Source: Minisyncoccota bacterium (lineage in GTDB: Bacteria > Patescibacteriota > Minisyncoccia > Phycocordibacterales > XYD1-FULL-46-19). Taken from it: a stretch of 64,000 bases of DNA. Below, one piece after another: positions 27,736-41,720 of this stretch. The DNA lies in the NCBI GenBank assembly GCA_041657405.1, contig JBBABX010000001.1, positions 12,152 through 76,151 on the forward strand, written 5' to 3'. Positions within the stretch are counted from its first letter, which is position 1, and every line of letters begins with the position of its first letter. Made by a program: the position numbers and the translations under genes. The notes below the pieces were generated by a model. The model saw nothing but the letters and a program-made list of their open reading frames with translations. It was not told the DNA's origin and ran no database searches.

Positions 27736-29163
27736 TTATTTAAAAAAAGCAGAATCAAACAAGAATTTGGAGAACCCGACCCGATTGCGAAAACCAAATG
27801 CTAAAAGCAAAGTTCTGGTTACGGTAATTGCCGTAAACATACTAACCACAATACCAATCATTAACGTTAAGGCAAAACCCTTAATCAAGCTGGTTCCAAA
27901 CCAGAACAAGATAGCTGCCGAAATTAAACTGGACAAATTAGAATCCCGAATAGACATCCAAGCGCGGGAAAAACCTTCTTTTATAGATTCTATCAAACCC
28001 TTACCGACAGCAATTTCTTCTTTCATTCGCTCAAAAATGAGAATGTTGGCATCAATCGCAATGCCGATTGAAAGAATAAAACCAGCCATACCAGCTGCTG
28101 TTAAGGTAACTGGCATTAATTTAAAAATCGAAAGCATCAAAACAACGTAAAAAGCCAACGCAAAAACAGAAACCAAACCAGGCAAACGATACCACAAAAT
28201 CATAAAAACAGAAACAATCAGCAACCCAATCAAACCAGCTCCAATTCCTTTCTGAATAGCTTCTTCGCCCAGGGTGGCACCAACTACTTGTGTTGACGCT
28301 AAGGTGATCGGCACCGGCAAAGCGCCGAGATTTAAATCGCGAGTTAGAGATTTTGCCTCTTCAACAGTAAACTGACCACTGATTTCTGCTTGACCATCAT
28401 TAATTTCTTCCCGCACAATAGGAGCTGAAATTAAAATCTTGTCCAAAAAGATACCTATTGGCTTACCAATATTAGCTTTGGTTAAATTAGCAAAAAGTTG
28501 GCTACCTTCACGATTAAATTCAATTAAAATAGAAGGGCTTAAAGAATTTTGATTAAATATCACCTGCGCTTTTTTTAAATAACGACCAGTCAACTTGGTT
28601 TCTTCAAAATCAGGGTCTTGTTTTAGCAAATTCAAAGTTTCTTGACCAAACTCATCAAGCAACATTGCTTCCGCCACAACCGCAGGCGTTGTAGTTGGGA
28701 TATTTGAAATATAAACTTGAACTTTTTCTTGAGCTGCTAAAATCGCTTCTCGTTCCGGACTAGTGGTTGCGCGCTCTACGCGAAATTCTAAAATTGGCGT
28801 CTCACTAATCATCTCCGTCGCTTCTTCAATGTCAGTCACCCCTGGCAATTCTACAATTAATTGATTTTGTTCTATTCCACTAATGGCTGAGTGTTCTATT
28901 TGCACAACCGGCTCAGACACCCCAAAAACATTTACCCGCCGATCAATCACTTCACGCAAAGAAGCCATCGCGTCAGAAATGTTAGATGGTTCAAGTTGAG
29001 AGACATCCGCAACGTAAGTTAAACGACTTCCTCCTGACAAATCCAAACCAAGCTTAAAGGGGTAGTAAAAAGGTCCTTCTGAATTTTCTGAATAGTAAAC
29101 AAAAAACCCCAAGGTCAAACCCGCCAAAACTAACAAAATAGCAGTTAAACGTGTTTTATTCAT
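27736..29163 (-). CDS. secD: Protein-export membrane protein SecD.
   Basis: 475 aa with an N-terminal TM, a large periplasmic domain and a C-terminal 6-TM bundle (GIAIDANILIFERMKEE-like). Confidence 0.8.
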   Translation of the reverse strand: MNKTRLTAILLVLAGLTLGFFVYYSENSEGPFYYPFKLGLDLSGGSRLTYVADVSQLEPSNISDAMASLREVIDRRVNVFGVSEPVVQIEHSAISGIEQNQLIVELPGVTDIEEATEMISETPILEFRVERATTSPEREAILAAQEKVQVYISNIPTTTPAVVAEAMLLDEFGQETLNLLKQDPDFEETKLTGRYLKKAQVIFNQNSLSPSILIEFNREGSQLFANLTKANIGKPIGIFLDKILISAPIVREEINDGQAEISGQFTVEEAKSLTRDLNLGALPVPITLASTQVVGATLGEEAIQKGIGAGLIGLLIVSVFMILWYRLPGLVSVFALAFYVVLMLSIFKLMPVTLTAAGMAGFILSIGIAIDANILIFERMKEEIAVGKGLIESIKEGFSRAWMSIRDSNLSSLISAAILFWFGTSLIKGFALTLMIGIVVSMFTAITVTRTLLLAFGFRNRVGFSKFLFDSAFFK

Positions 29164-29261
29164 ACTTGGTTTATTATAAGCATAATTTTAAATAACGCAA
29201 ACACTCTAAAACGATCAAAACGCCCAATTTCCTAAAATATTGAGCGTCTTGTCACTAGAAT

Positions 29262-29783
29262 TTAAGTTGCTTGGATATCAATTTTTAACCTGCTCAAAAC
29301 AAAAATCAACCCATACCCCACCAAACTTCCCAAGAGCCAACCGCTCAAGACATCTAAGGGATAATGAACCCCTGCCATGATTCTAGCCAAGCCAACTACC
29401 AACGCGGCTCCAAAAAAAATAATCCCTATTTTTTTGTCTTGCGACCATAGAGCAACCGCTAAGGCAGACATAAACGTCGCATGTCCAGACGGCCAGGCAT
29501 CACCAAGATTAGTTGTAATTATGGGAACAATCCCTAAAATTTCAAAAGGTCTTGGATTAAAGAGGTTATACTTAAATAAATTAGTCAAAAACCAAGCCCC
29601 TAAAGCCGCAGCTAGAGATAAAAAGATAATCCTCAAAACTCTTAGTCTATGTTTAGAGACTAAGAACCAAATAATAAGACCCAAACCCAAAAACCAAGGC
29701 AAAAGACTGGCTAAAAAATAGACCGGCCACGATCCCAGTTTTTGACCTAAATAATAAAACCAAAAAAATATTTGCTCATTCAT
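29262..29783 (-). CDS. PAP2-family phosphatase (undecaprenyl-diphosphatase or PgpB-like).
   Basis: PAP2 motifs KxxxxxxRP (KYNLFNPRP), PSGH (AWPSGHATF) and SRxxxxxHxxxD-like (ARIMAGVHYPLDV). Confidence 0.6.
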   Translation of the reverse strand: MNEQIFFWFYYLGQKLGSWPVYFLASLLPWFLGLGLIIWFLVSKHRLRVLRIIFLSLAAALGAWFLTNLFKYNLFNPRPFEILGIVPIITTNLGDAWPSGHATFMSALAVALWSQDKKIGIIFFGAALVVGLARIMAGVHYPLDVLSGWLLGSLVGYGLIFVLSRLKIDIQAT

Positions 29784-30562
29784 TAATTTAATTCAGCTAG
29801 ATTTTTGAACAGACAGGCAATTGTAAGCGGACCCACCCCACCTGGTACCGGTGTAAAAATTGAGCAACGCAAAGCACAGGCTGGTTCAGCATCGCCTAAT
29901 AATCTACCCTCAGCCTCACTAGTGGCGGCATCAATTAACACAACTCCTTCTTTTAACATTCCCACCTTAAGAAGACCGGGTTTCCCAGCTCCACTAACAA
30001 TCAAATCGGCTTGGGCAATTATTGTCGTAGAATTTTTTGTCGCCAAATCTACTATCTCTACGATAGCGCCGTTTTGCGTCAACCACAATGCGGCTGGTTT
30101 CCCCACTAAACGTCCCCTACCAACTACCACAGCTCTTTTACCCTCAATTGAAACTTGATTTCTTGTCAAAATTTCCTTTATCGCCGCCACAACAGGCGGC
30201 AAAACTCTAGCTTCCGATGTTAAAGCATCAACATCCTTTTCTGACGGAATCAAGGCTAGCAATTTTTCCGTCGCCAAATGTTTTGGTAAGGGCAATTGAA
30301 CAACAATTCCATTGATTGAGCCGTCGTTTGCCAATTTGTGTAATTGTTCAACCAATCCATCTTCAGAAACATCATCAGCAAACTTATAAACAATCGTCTC
30401 AACCCCGACTGCCTCACCAAATTTTTGTTTACGCGAAAGATACTTGGCCGACACAATATCATCGCCTACCGATACTATTGCCAACTTGAGATTTCGCCCA
30501 ATTAATTTTTCTTTTAATTCTTTTTTTATATCTTCGGCTATTTGTCGTCCATCAATAATCAT
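29783..30562 (-). CDS. folD: Bifunctional methylenetetrahydrofolate dehydrogenase/cyclohydrolase.
   Basis: MIIDGRQIAEDIK...AIVSVGDD...VVGRGRLVGKP...PVPGGVGP matches FolD over its full length. Confidence 0.85.
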   Translation of the reverse strand: MIIDGRQIAEDIKKELKEKLIGRNLKLAIVSVGDDIVSAKYLSRKQKFGEAVGVETIVYKFADDVSEDGLVEQLHKLANDGSINGIVVQLPLPKHLATEKLLALIPSEKDVDALTSEARVLPPVVAAIKEILTRNQVSIEGKRAVVVGRGRLVGKPAALWLTQNGAIVEIVDLATKNSTTIIAQADLIVSGAGKPGLLKVGMLKEGVVLIDAATSEAEGRLLGDAEPACALRCSIFTPVPGGVGPLTIACLFKNLAELN

Positions 30563-30574
30563 ATTTATTCTTAT

Positions 30575-31465
30575 TTATTTTTCGATTAATTCTTTTAGAC
30601 CTTCCTCTAATGAAACTCTTGGCTCCCAAGTCAACATTTTTTTGGCCTTATTGTTATCGGCTCGCGTATCATGTGGCTCAAAACGCGCCGGAATGTGCTC
30701 TATGGAACCACCAATCATTTTAGCAATCTCATTTATGCTATGATTACAACCAGCTCCGATATTTAGAACTTCACCACCTCCAACCGGTTTTTCCATTGCT
30801 AAAATATTCGCTCGCACTACGTCATGAACACTAGTAAAATCTCTAGTTTGAGTACCATCTCCAGTAATCGTCATCGGCAAACCTTTATCCTTTTGTTTTA
30901 AAAATTTACCAATAACCAAAGCATAAGCCCCTTCCGTATTTTGACGCGGACCATAAACATTAAAATAACGCAAACAAACTGTTGATAACTCGTAAACTTC
31001 AGAAAAAATTCGACAATACATCTCACCAATATATTTTTGCAAACCATAAGGACTTTTAGGTTGCGCCGGCATATCTTCGGTCAATGGCATAATTGGTTGG
31101 TCGCCATAAACCGCACTAGAAGCTGAATAAATTACCTTTTTAACCTTAGCTTCTTTAGCGGCCAACAACACATTTAAAGTCCCCCCAACATTTATCTGGT
31201 TAGTTTCCAAAGGATATTCAATAGAATAAGGCACGCTTGGCAAAGCTGCCAAATGAAAAACATAATCAATCCCCTCAAATATTGGCCTGATTTCCGAAAA
31301 ATTTGCCACATCTTTTTGATAAAAAATCGCCGCCGGATTGACATTTTCTCTTTTACCGCCAGACAAGTTATCGATAACGTAAATTTCATCACCTCTTTTA
31401 ACCATTTGGTCGGTCAAATTTGAACCAATAAAACCGGCACCGCCTGTGATAATAATTTTTGCCAT
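30575..31465 (-). CDS. NAD-dependent nucleotide-sugar epimerase/dehydratase (SDR family, GalE/WbpP-like).
   Basis: N-terminus IIITGGAGFIGSNL (Rossmann GxxGxxG) and the YxxxK catalytic pair (YGLQKYIGE). Confidence 0.75.
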   Translation of the reverse strand: MAKIIITGGAGFIGSNLTDQMVKRGDEIYVIDNLSGGKRENVNPAAIFYQKDVANFSEIRPIFEGIDYVFHLAALPSVPYSIEYPLETNQINVGGTLNVLLAAKEAKVKKVIYSASSAVYGDQPIMPLTEDMPAQPKSPYGLQKYIGEMYCRIFSEVYELSTVCLRYFNVYGPRQNTEGAYALVIGKFLKQKDKGLPMTITGDGTQTRDFTSVHDVVRANILAMEKPVGGGEVLNIGAGCNHSINEIAKMIGGSIEHIPARFEPHDTRADNNKAKKMLTWEPRVSLEEGLKELIEK

Positions 31466-31469
31466 ATCC

Positions 31470-32780
31470 TTAGATACCTTTTCGCATTATTAAAGTTTTA
31501 ATCGTTTTTAGAGCAATACTAACATCCAACCAAAAACTGCGATTTTTAATATAATATAAATCATAAGCAAATTTAACCTTAGTTTCGTTGACGCTAATAC
31601 CATGATGAGGTTCGCCATCTTGGTGAATTTGTGCCCACCCCGAAAGACCAGGTTTGATAATATGTCTAATATTAAAATATGGAATATCTTGACTGTATAA
31701 AGCCACTGGATCAGCAAATTCTGGACGCGGACCTACTAATGACAAGTCGCCGATCAAAACATTCCATAATTGTGGTAATTCATCTATCCTAGTTTTACGC
31801 AAAAATTTACCGACTTTAGTCACTTCATTTCTACCCTCTCCCCACTTGGCACCATCGTAAGCAATTTTCATTGTGCGAAATTTAATTAAAGTAACTAGTT
31901 TTCCATCTTTACCTACTCTTTCTTGAAGAGAAAAGATAACTCCCCCATCGTCCAATTTGATAGCAACATAAACAAAAGGATAAACCAACAAAGAAATCAG
32001 CCCCGCGACCAAGGCAAAGGTAGCATCCATTAATCTTTTTAAGGCGTCATATACTGGCTTGGGTCGATTAGAAATATTTTCTAAAAACCATTGTTCTTTA
32101 ATAACATTGACCAACTCTCGGTCAAAAAGCTCTTCGTAAAGATTGTGAACTGAAATAAAACGAATACCAGAAAAAATCATCTTATAAAAATTTTTTAAGG
32201 CTTCATGAATATTTTCATCATACAAATCCACCACTACCGCAGTAACGCCAGATGATCCAATTTTTTTAATATCATCATAGTCAGCTATTTCTATGTTATA
32301 ACGAGGATTATTTTTTATCTCTTCTACAATCTCTGTTACTTCTGCTCCGCGACAAGTAAAAAGTATTTTTTCTCTTTGAGTTAAACTAATATTAGGCGCA
32401 AAAAAGCGACGCCAGCCAAAAATAAGAATGAAAGATAAAATCAAATCAAGAAACAATATTGTTTTTGGAGTAATTCCAAAATAAGGAATAAAATAAAAAA
32501 AGACAACCGCGATAGTGCTATTGACTAATAAAGAATTAAAAATCAATCTTGGTAGACGGCGTTGAAAAATCACTGTTTGTTTGCCGTAAAGACCAGCTAT
32601 GTAAAAAACCAGAATCCAAATCAAAAAAATCACCGAAAAGGGTTGAAGGTGTCGATAAAAAACTCCCTCTTCGGGCCAAGCCAAAGTCCTTAAAAATAGG
32701 GCCAGCCATAAAGCCAAATTGAAAAGCGCTAGGTCTCCCAACAATAAAATTATTGTTTCTTTTTTTGATTGCAATTTCAT
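31470..32780 (-). CDS. Polyprenyl-phosphate glycosyl-1-phosphate transferase (bacterial sugar transferase, WbaP/WcaJ-like priming enzyme).
   Basis: The C-terminal domain carries DLSLVGPRPE and the KPGLSGWAQI hallmark of the bacterial sugar transferase family. There are N-terminal TM segments. Confidence 0.75.
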   Translation of the reverse strand: MKLQSKKETIILLLGDLALFNLALWLALFLRTLAWPEEGVFYRHLQPFSVIFLIWILVFYIAGLYGKQTVIFQRRLPRLIFNSLLVNSTIAVVFFYFIPYFGITPKTILFLDLILSFILIFGWRRFFAPNISLTQREKILFTCRGAEVTEIVEEIKNNPRYNIEIADYDDIKKIGSSGVTAVVVDLYDENIHEALKNFYKMIFSGIRFISVHNLYEELFDRELVNVIKEQWFLENISNRPKPVYDALKRLMDATFALVAGLISLLVYPFVYVAIKLDDGGVIFSLQERVGKDGKLVTLIKFRTMKIAYDGAKWGEGRNEVTKVGKFLRKTRIDELPQLWNVLIGDLSLVGPRPEFADPVALYSQDIPYFNIRHIIKPGLSGWAQIHQDGEPHHGISVNETKVKFAYDLYYIKNRSFWLDVSIALKTIKTLIMRKGI

Positions 32781-32936
32781 TTTTATCTGTGTTTATTTTG
32801 ATAATACAATAAAAAAACGTTTTTTACCAATATTGAACTGTCTTTAAACTCAAAAAATAAAAGTAGAAAATAGCAATAAAAAATGTATAATAAATGATAT
32901 CCATAACCAATTTTTGAAAAATTCTTTATCTAATCC

Positions 32937-34124
32937 GTGAATCCTAAAAAAACTAAAATTTTTTATTTGATAACCAAAGGTAATTTCGGCGGCGCACAAC
33001 GTTATGTTTTTGAATTGGCCAAACATCTCCCCTTAAACAGTTTTGAAGTTACTGTTATTATGGGCGAAGGAAAAGAATTAAAACAAAAATTGGAAAGAGC
33101 TCATATCAAAGTTAGACAATTAGAGACACTTAAACGTGATGTTGATATAAACGCGGACTGGCAGACATTCAAAACTTTATTTAAAATTCTACGACAAGAA
33201 AAGCCCGATATTATTCATCTAAACAGTTCTAAGATTGGCGGACTTGGTGCCTTGGCTGGCAGACTAGCTGGTGTATCCAAAATTATTTTCACCGCTCATG
33301 GTTGGGCTTTTAATGAGAAAAGAACTTGGATGGCTAAAAGGGTTATTCTCTTTTTTCATTGGTTAACAATTATTCTCTGTCACCAAATTATTGCTGTTTC
33401 AATTCAAACAAAAAAAGATATTGAAAAATTGCCTTTAACAAAAAATAAAATAGCTGTCATTTACAATGGTTTGGATGGCACTAAATTCTTTAATCGTTTT
33501 GTCGCCAGACGTGAATTATTTAATTATTTTCCCCAAGAAACCAAACAAATTGAAAAAACAGCCAACAGTTTGCAAACAAAATTTTGGATTGGCACTATTT
33601 CTGAACTTCACCCAAACAAAGGCTTAGATATTTTACTTGAAGCCTTTGCAAATGTCTTGAGAAAAACATTAGGCAGTTCTTTAGGTTGGTCATTAATTTT
33701 AGTAATCATTGGCGAGGGTGAAGAAAGAATGCGTCTGCAAAAATTTATCCATGACAAAAGATTAGAAGATCGAATTTTTTTGCTAGGTCAAGTGCCTGAT
33801 GCTAGGAACTATTTGAAAGCTTTTGACATCTTCACATTAACCTCGCGGACCGAGGCTCTCCCTTATGCCATCTTAGAAGCTGGTGCCGCTGGTCTACCTA
33901 TCGTAGCTTCAGAAGTTGGCGGTATCCCCGAAATTATCCCCGGACCAGAATATGGCATTCTCACCCCTCCAGAAAATATTAAAGAAATAGAAAAATCGCT
34001 TCTCTATATGCTAAAAAAACCAGATTACCGAAAATTGACCATCAACAACTTGAAGAAAAAAATCAGCAACAACTTTTCCTTAAAAAAGATGGTAATAAGA
34101 ACGATTGAACTGTATCAAGAATAA
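32937..34124 (+). CDS. GT1/GT4 glycosyltransferase (GTG start).
   Basis: Carries EALPYAILEAGAAGLPIVASEVGGIPEII. It is the only plus-strand gene in this block. Confidence 0.7.
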   Translation: MNPKKTKIFYLITKGNFGGAQRYVFELAKHLPLNSFEVTVIMGEGKELKQKLERAHIKVRQLETLKRDVDINADWQTFKTLFKILRQEKPDIIHLNSSKIGGLGALAGRLAGVSKIIFTAHGWAFNEKRTWMAKRVILFFHWLTIILCHQIIAVSIQTKKDIEKLPLTKNKIAVIYNGLDGTKFFNRFVARRELFNYFPQETKQIEKTANSLQTKFWIGTISELHPNKGLDILLEAFANVLRKTLGSSLGWSLILVIIGEGEERMRLQKFIHDKRLEDRIFLLGQVPDARNYLKAFDIFTLTSRTEALPYAILEAGAAGLPIVASEVGGIPEIIPGPEYGILTPPENIKEIEKSLLYMLKKPDYRKLTINNLKKKISNNFSLKKMVIRTIELYQE

Positions 34125-34242
34125 TCATAAATAACCAAAAATATTCATTCCACTATAACTCAGAAAAGGAAGTAGCTTTTTTGAATATTAACCTTTGTCT
34201 TTTTTGCGAGATTCCACGCCTATTCCATATGGTTTTCTGGGT

Positions 34243-35373
34243 TTATTGCGGCCCAATAAACTCATTCTTCACATCATCACGATGGTAAGCTAACGAATAA
34301 CGCTTCATTCCCATCAAAATCCCCAAGCCCATAAACTCTGCCAAAAGATGGGAGCCACCATAACTCAAAAAGGGTAAGGGCAAACCAGTCACTGGCAAAA
34401 GACCGATATTCATCCCAACATGGATCAACAAGTGGGCCATAAACATCACGGCCACACCCAAGCCAAATAATATTTCAAAATTAGTCGCTCCCTTCATCGC
34501 AATTGTTAAAATTCTCCAGATTATTAACCCAAATAAAAAGAAAAAGATAAGCACTCCCAAAAAACCCCACTCCTCAGCAAAGGCGGCAAAGATAAAGTCC
34601 GTTTGATATTCTGGTAAAAATTTTAACCTAGATTGGGTACCATAACCAACCCCCTTGCCGGTCAACTGACCAGAACCAACCGCAATAGTAGATTGAAAAG
34701 CATTATAACCAGCCCCTTGCACGTCCGCCAATGGATGCAAAAAACTCACAATACGATTTTTTTGGTAAGGCTGAAGAATAAACAACCAAGACATCACGAA
34801 AAAAATAATAGCCGCCGCCCCAAGCAAAAAGAGATGTTTTTTAGAAACACCCGAGACAAGAATCATCCCAAGCCAAATTAGGAAAATGATTAAGGCTGAA
34901 CCAAAATCTGGCTGGAGCATAATCGCTACAAATGGCAAAAAAGCATAAACACCAGAAATAATGATGTGTCTGACATTGGCAATTTCTATATGTCTCTTGG
35001 AAAAATATTTAGCTAACATCAGAACCAGAGCCAATTTCATAAAATCTGCCGGCTGCAAAGAAAGACTGCCTAAAGAAAGCCAGCTTTGAGCCCCCTTAGT
35101 TACCGTTCCAATAATAAAAAGTAACAACAAAAGACCCACCAAAGAAAGATAAATGCCAACCAAGACCCCGCTACGACGCAAAAACCGCCAATCAATCAAA
35201 CTAAAACTGAAAAAAAGCGCTAGTGAAAATAAAACCCAGGTTATTTGACGATAAAAAAAGTAACTTTCGTTAGTGAAAGAATTCATCGTTACCAAGCCAA
35301 AAATTAAAAGTGGCAAAAGACTGAAAAACAAAATCCAGTCAACTCGACTATCTTTCCGCAAAAGCCAAGTCAT
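34243..35373 (-). CDS. FtsW/RodA/SpoVE-family peptidoglycan glycosyltransferase (SEDS).
   Basis: A 10-TM protein with a conserved SEDS periplasmic loop (PADFMKLALVL, FLPEYQTDFIFA). Confidence 0.75.
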   Translation of the reverse strand: MTWLLRKDSRVDWILFFSLLPLLIFGLVTMNSFTNESYFFYRQITWVLFSLALFFSFSLIDWRFLRRSGVLVGIYLSLVGLLLLLFIIGTVTKGAQSWLSLGSLSLQPADFMKLALVLMLAKYFSKRHIEIANVRHIIISGVYAFLPFVAIMLQPDFGSALIIFLIWLGMILVSGVSKKHLFLLGAAAIIFFVMSWLFILQPYQKNRIVSFLHPLADVQGAGYNAFQSTIAVGSGQLTGKGVGYGTQSRLKFLPEYQTDFIFAAFAEEWGFLGVLIFFFLFGLIIWRILTIAMKGATNFEILFGLGVAVMFMAHLLIHVGMNIGLLPVTGLPLPFLSYGGSHLLAEFMGLGILMGMKRYSLAYHRDDVKNEFIGPQ

Positions 35374-35377
35374 AATT

Positions 35378-36184
35378 TTATTTTAAATCAAAGGCATTTA
35401 TCCGCCAATAATTATCAATATAAGAAGGCTCTATTATAAAGGAGTCCGGCCAAGTCATAAATATTTCTTGGCTTTCGCCAGCCAACAAACTATCTACAAA
35501 AGTAGAGCTAGCAGCAAAAGCATTTTGGTTTATATCTGACAAAATTGTATTTATTTTTATTTCTTTGTAATTATCAAATGAATCATTTTTTACTTTCAAG
35601 CGCAAAATTGGATAAGGTTCATTTAAAAAACTTATTCGTTCAATAGAAATAATTCTCGGCACTGAAGAAATTTTTTCCCAGATTGGATATTCTTCTATTT
35701 CAAGAAAAGCCTTCACTGCTGAATAAGCTAAGTCAGATTTTATATTACTTTCAAAAATTATAAATTTCTCTCCAGGATTAACAAAAGTTTCTCCTTCACG
35801 TTTGACTAATTCTACATTGTCAACATCAAAAAGTCTAAAGGTATAAGTAATCTTTTTTACACCTAAACTTTGGTTCTCATTCTCTACCAAAGCAGCTACA
35901 TCATATTGTCCATCAGCAAGTTTAAAAGTTCTTGTCCAATAAATTTTAAGTGGTAAAGCGGTATGATGACAAACCCTAGCACAAGGACCACCACAATCAA
36001 TTCCCTCCTCACCTTGATTTTTTAGACCGTCAAAACAAGTCGGTGTCGGCTTATAAATAAAATAAAAAACGCCAGCCACTAAGGCCATAAAAAGAACGAC
36101 GCACGAAAAATAAGTTAGCTGACGTCTGCTGGACCATTTCATACCAAAATGATAACATTGCTTATCAAGTTTTTCCAGCATCAA
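35378..36184 (-). CDS. Hypothetical membrane-anchored extracytoplasmic protein.
   Basis: An N-terminal TM segment and a Cys cluster (CFDGLKNQGEEGIDCGGPCARVC). Confidence 0.3.
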   Translation of the reverse strand: MMLEKLDKQCYHFGMKWSSRRQLTYFSCVVLFMALVAGVFYFIYKPTPTCFDGLKNQGEEGIDCGGPCARVCHHTALPLKIYWTRTFKLADGQYDVAALVENENQSLGVKKITYTFRLFDVDNVELVKREGETFVNPGEKFIIFESNIKSDLAYSAVKAFLEIEEYPIWEKISSVPRIISIERISFLNEPYPILRLKVKNDSFDNYKEIKINTILSDINQNAFAASSTFVDSLLAGESQEIFMTWPDSFIIEPSYIDNYWRINAFDLK

Positions 36185-36270
36185 AATTTTAAATAAAATC
36201 TAAATCAATTTTTCAACCTAAAACCCAACAACTTAATTATCTTCTTAAGCTTTATTTTGAAAATTTTAAA

Positions 36271-36300
36271 AACAAAAAATCACCCTTGGTGGTGATTAAT
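36271..36300 (-). terminator. Rho-independent terminator downstream of the 5S rRNA.
   Basis: The minus strand carries an aatcacc/ggtgatt stem with a 6 nt loop, followed by TTTTTTGTTTTT. Confidence 0.45.
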
Positions 36301-36349
36301 TATTTTTCTTTTTTGTCCAAATTTTAAAATAAAATCTTGTCAGATTTCG

Positions 36350-36466
36350 AATACTTTGTTCCGGCGGTTAGCTACTCTCCCCTTGCGAGTACCATCGCTA
36401 CGACCGAGCTTAACTTCTCTGTTCGGGATGGTAAGAGGTGTGACCTCGGCGTCAAACCACCAGAAC
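36350..36466 (-). rRNA. rrf: 5S ribosomal RNA.
   Basis: The reverse complement begins GTTCTGGTGGTTTGACGCCGAGGTCACACC and contains CCGAACAGAGAAGTTAAGC and GATGGTACT, with a terminal helix pairing the 5' and 3' ends. Confidence 0.8.
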
Positions 36467-36504
36467 AAAATATTCGAAATCAAACAAATGGTTTTCAAAT
36501 TTCC

Positions 36505-39668
<3,164 letters not shown>

Positions 39669-39867
39669 ATTAGGAAATTTAAAAACCATTATATTTATTT
39701 TTATACTTACATTTTTATTTTAGTGTTCTATGTTTTAAAAACATAGTTCTACCTTTTTCCATCTCTCAAACCACAAGACCCCTTGCATGTCTGATGATGG
39801 CATTCAATTTTCAAAGTTCAGTCATTCAGAGAAACCTTATTCAAGACGGATATTCCAGCAAAGCTGA

Positions 39868-39894
39868 AATAAAAAACCGCTTGTTTCAAGCGGT
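39868..39894 (-). terminator. Rho-independent terminator (accgcttg-ttt-caagcggt followed by T-rich sequence on the minus strand), upstream of the 23S promoter region.
   Basis: An 8 bp stem followed by TTTTTTATTT on the minus strand. Confidence 0.4.
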
Positions 39895-40039
39895 CCAGAG
39901 CCAGGCCAAAACAATCGGGGCTACAGTTTCCGCTTAATTTTGGGTTTTTCTTTAATATTCATACTGACATTTATTAGTATATACGAAAATAAAAACGTGT
40001 CAATACATAAACTTCAAACAACAAGATTTACCCCTATAT

Positions 40040-40070
40040 AAAAATACCCATAAAATTATGGGTATTTTTA
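40040..40070. terminator. AT-rich palindromic terminator (aaaatacccataa-aat-tatgggtatttt) immediately downstream of the 40115..40801 gene.
   Basis: A 12 bp inverted repeat flanked by A and T runs. Confidence 0.45.
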
Positions 40071-40114
40071 TGAAATTCTTTTTTGATTTCAGATTTTGAT
40101 TTCAGAAGTAATAA

Positions 40115-40801
40115 TTAATCTCTTCGCGAAATTTCACCCCGCAACTTGTTAATAAAACTGGTTGCAGCTTCTCTACCACCCAAGCCAAAAGATAAACCAA
40201 GAGCGATAGAAACAGTGGCTACAATACCAGTCATAAAAATTTGCAAGAATGGCCCCATCATTCCCAATTGCTCAAGAGCCATCACAATCGCAAAAATCCA
40301 AATAAGCCATTTAGTGATGCCTCCAAAAAGCTCTGCGGAGCTAACACGAGCCGCACGAGCAGAAGCGACAACGACTTTCTGCAAAACATCAGCTACCACA
40401 GTCGCGATAATCAAAATAATCGTCGCGATAATAACGCTTGGAATGTAAGCCAAAATTTCACGCAAGAAATCACCAACTTCATTTAACTGGAGCACGTTCA
40501 AAGCTGCCACCAAAAAACCAAGAATAATAAACCATTTGACCAAGAAACCAAGAAACTTGCCTGTATCCAAACGATAACCAGCTTGTTCTATTAAACGATG
40601 CACATCAAGTTTTTCTAAGACGCGATCAATTTTTAGAGCACGGATAAGTTTGGCTACCCACAAACCAACAGCATCGCCAAACACCCAACCGATAACAAAC
40701 AGGATGATGGCAATTACGATGTTAGGAACATAAGTGACAATGCCAGAAACCAATTCTTGAAATGAACCGGCCAAGGCATTACCCCAACTTTGTAAATACA
40801 T
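40115..40801 (-). CDS. Polytopic membrane protein with repeated MscS-type conserved TM-helix segments (mechanosensitive-channel-like N-terminal repeats).
   Basis: Two internally similar TM hairpin repeats (IVIAIILFVIGWVFGD and IIATIILIIATVVADV) and a basic C-terminus. Confidence 0.35.
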   Translation of the reverse strand: MYLQSWGNALAGSFQELVSGIVTYVPNIVIAIILFVIGWVFGDAVGLWVAKLIRALKIDRVLEKLDVHRLIEQAGYRLDTGKFLGFLVKWFIILGFLVAALNVLQLNEVGDFLREILAYIPSVIIATIILIIATVVADVLQKVVVASARAARVSSAELFGGITKWLIWIFAIVMALEQLGMMGPFLQIFMTGIVATVSIALGLSFGLGGREAATSFINKLRGEISRRD

Positions 40802-40964
40802 ATCTAAAATGTTATTAATAAATTTACTTATAATTTCCAGTTTATTGACCTCATAATGAGGCTGGTTCGACCAATAAACCAGTAAAACCTTTATCTAATT
40901 CTAGCACAAAAATAATGAAATCTTTAACAATTTTGTGGATATCAAAAAAGACTCCAAAGAACCT

Positions 40965-41624
40965 CTAAATATTCATCTTATCAATAATTTTCTTATGAGG
41001 ATAATCCAATACGTCACGCAAAAATTTGTCACTAGAATAAAAACGATACGCAAAATCAGCCAAATTCATAATGGCATAGACCAGCTCACGTCCAATTTCA
41101 GATTCTATATCAACTACTGTTTTTTCAATTAATTTCTTTTTTAGATTGTCGCCAACCACAAGAATATCTACTCTTCTTCCCCCCTCTTGGACAAAAACCC
41201 CAGATAAAATTAGTAATTTAATTTTGCCGCAATTTTTAAATTTTTTCGCTAATTCATCGCGACTGACAAAAAAATCCGCGCTAAACAATGACTGAAGATG
41301 ATCTGTAAAAAAGAAATCTTGATTTAAGCCCCAAAGTCGATTGTGAATTGATTCACGGGGTGATTGTTTTTTCTTACCCTTTTTTGTCTTTTTACTTTTC
41401 TTAGTCGGCGTTGAATTAACAATTTTTTTAGTCTTAACCAAACCAATTGACTCCAAGAGCAAAAGTTCTTTTCGCAATTGTCCTGGCTTAATTTTTGTTT
41501 TTTGATGAAGTTCTTTCAAGAGATAAATATTATCTGGGTTAAACAAAAAAAGCCTAATCAACTTTACCCGATTGGGACCACCAAATAATTTTGGCAATAT
41601 TTCCATAACTAAAATATACCGCAA
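40965..41624 (-). CDS. Hypothetical protein with a probable N-terminal winged-helix domain and a lysine-rich linker.
   Basis: GGPNRVKLIRLFLFNP...LKELHQKT resembles wHTH proteins. No catalytic motifs were seen. Confidence 0.3.
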   Translation of the reverse strand: MRYILVMEILPKLFGGPNRVKLIRLFLFNPDNIYLLKELHQKTKIKPGQLRKELLLLESIGLVKTKKIVNSTPTKKSKKTKKGKKKQSPRESIHNRLWGLNQDFFFTDHLQSLFSADFFVSRDELAKKFKNCGKIKLLILSGVFVQEGGRRVDILVVGDNLKKKLIEKTVVDIESEIGRELVYAIMNLADFAYRFYSSDKFLRDVLDYPHKKIIDKMNI

Positions 41625-41720
41625 AGATTAGCTCTAAGCAATAACAAAACTAAGTTCTAAATTTTAAACGACTCAACCTGAACAGGTTGAGTCGTTTAAA
41701 AAAAGAGTCTAAAACAAGCT